Positions 63,331 through 64,000 of a stretch of 64,000 nucleotides of DNA are shown here, piece after piece (within the stretch, counting starts at the first letter, position 1; every line of letters begins with the position of its first letter). This stretch comes from an uncultured Candidatus Rokubacteria bacterium (lineage in GTDB: Bacteria; Methylomirabilota; Methylomirabilia; Rokubacteriales; CSP1-6). The DNA is taken from assembly GCA_963789955.1 (NCBI GenBank), contig CAWBMV010000022.1, positions 64,001-128,000 on the forward strand, read 5' to 3'. The notes below the pieces were generated by a model. The model did not search any database. It saw only the letters and a program-made list of their open reading frames with translations, and was not told the origin of the DNA. The position numbers and the translations under genes were made by a program.

Positions 63331-64000
63331 ATGACTAGTATCTGTTGGAAGAGCGCAGTGACATGGAGCCTGCTCGGGCTGATGTTCCTGCTGTTCATCC
63401 TGATGGTCGGACCCCTTCCGGCGCTGGCTGGCCAGCCGGACGCGGTCCTCTACGAGGTCACCGAGGACATGTACCTCATGGATGGGGCGGGGAATCCAGT
63501 CAGCAGCGTCGCGCCGGGGGGCCGCCGGTCTGCGGTAGCCCAGCTTTCCGGTTGGGCGAAGGTCGGCACGCCGCTCTGCCCCTGGTTCGTGCTGTCGATC
63601 AACCCCAAGGCCAAGAAGTGCGCTGTGAACGCCACCGGCGCTGACAACCTCAGCCTGGACACGGGTAAGGGAACCCTCAGCGGGAAGTACGCAGTGGTCG
63701 TCCAGGGCGACAACAAGACGGACGCTCCGGAGTTCGTGATCATGACGGGGACGTTCGCTGGTGACGCTGACCTCTCATTGTCGCTGAGCGGTCAAGCGCC
63801 TCTCGGGTTCATCACCAACGGTATCGCGACGATCGACGGAAGCACGACGACGTTCAAGTTCACTGGGACGTTCCGGCTGCCCTTCGAGCTGGACGAGAGT
63901 GGTCGGCGATTCTGGCTCCGCAGGGTGTGGGACGACGCCTACTACTTGAGCGACAGCGGACACCCGCTGCGGGTCAAGGACAACGAGCGGTCGCTTGGCT
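63331..64000 (+). CDS. secreted hypothetical protein (3' partial), paralog of 57311
   Basis: Read manually (missing from ORF track): MTSICWKSAVTWSLLGLMFLLFILMVGPLPALA/GQPDAVLYEVTEDM..LCP..TDAPEFVIMTGTF.G..FTGTFRLPF..NERSLG; GAGGAG SD. Confidence 0.8.
   Translation, partial: MTSICWKSAVTWSLLGLMFLLFILMVGPLPALAGQPDAVLYEVTEDMYLMDGAGNPVSSVAPGGRRSAVAQLSGWAKVGTPLCPWFVLSINPKAKKCAVNATGADNLSLDTGKGTLSGKYAVVVQGDNKTDAPEFVIMTGTFAGDADLSLSLSGQAPLGFITNGIATIDGSTTTFKFTGTFRLPFELDESGRRFWLRRVWDDAYYLSDSGHPLRVKDNERSLG

Overview
High-GC (roughly 70% by eye) bacterial chromosomal DNA, densely coding, with no rRNA, tRNA, CRISPR or IS element recognised. The gene repertoire suggests Ca. Rokubacteria/Methylomirabilota (inference only). 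Many genes carry single-base frameshifts, very dense at 7.6-13.8 kb, most consistent with long-read consensus error. In order: a ferrosome(fez)-like cluster of two P-type ATPases plus HMA2/DUF5132-like small proteins; UbiD; a sigma54 activator, NHLP-like small protein and RND pump; HpaB-like oxygenase, prpB, PhyH; a Cya2-type (probable guanylyl) cyclase with GAF-GGDEF and REC; hydantoinase B and A genes separated by an ECF sigma plus ZAS-Ogt-Ada fusion module; a signal-peptide/RAPP leader ORF whose arrest-motif codons can base-pair with the Shine-Dalgarno of the downstream tatA (best novel candidate); mixed metabolic and envelope genes; a Met-rich protein, UGA(Sec) redoxin, two-component pair and msrPQ; phnA, mlaA, an orphan ActA-like hexaheme cytochrome; and a sigma54/IHF-type signalling island (50.5-64 kb) with 7TM kinase, HD-GYP, methyltransferases, GNAT and two paralogous secreted proteins.
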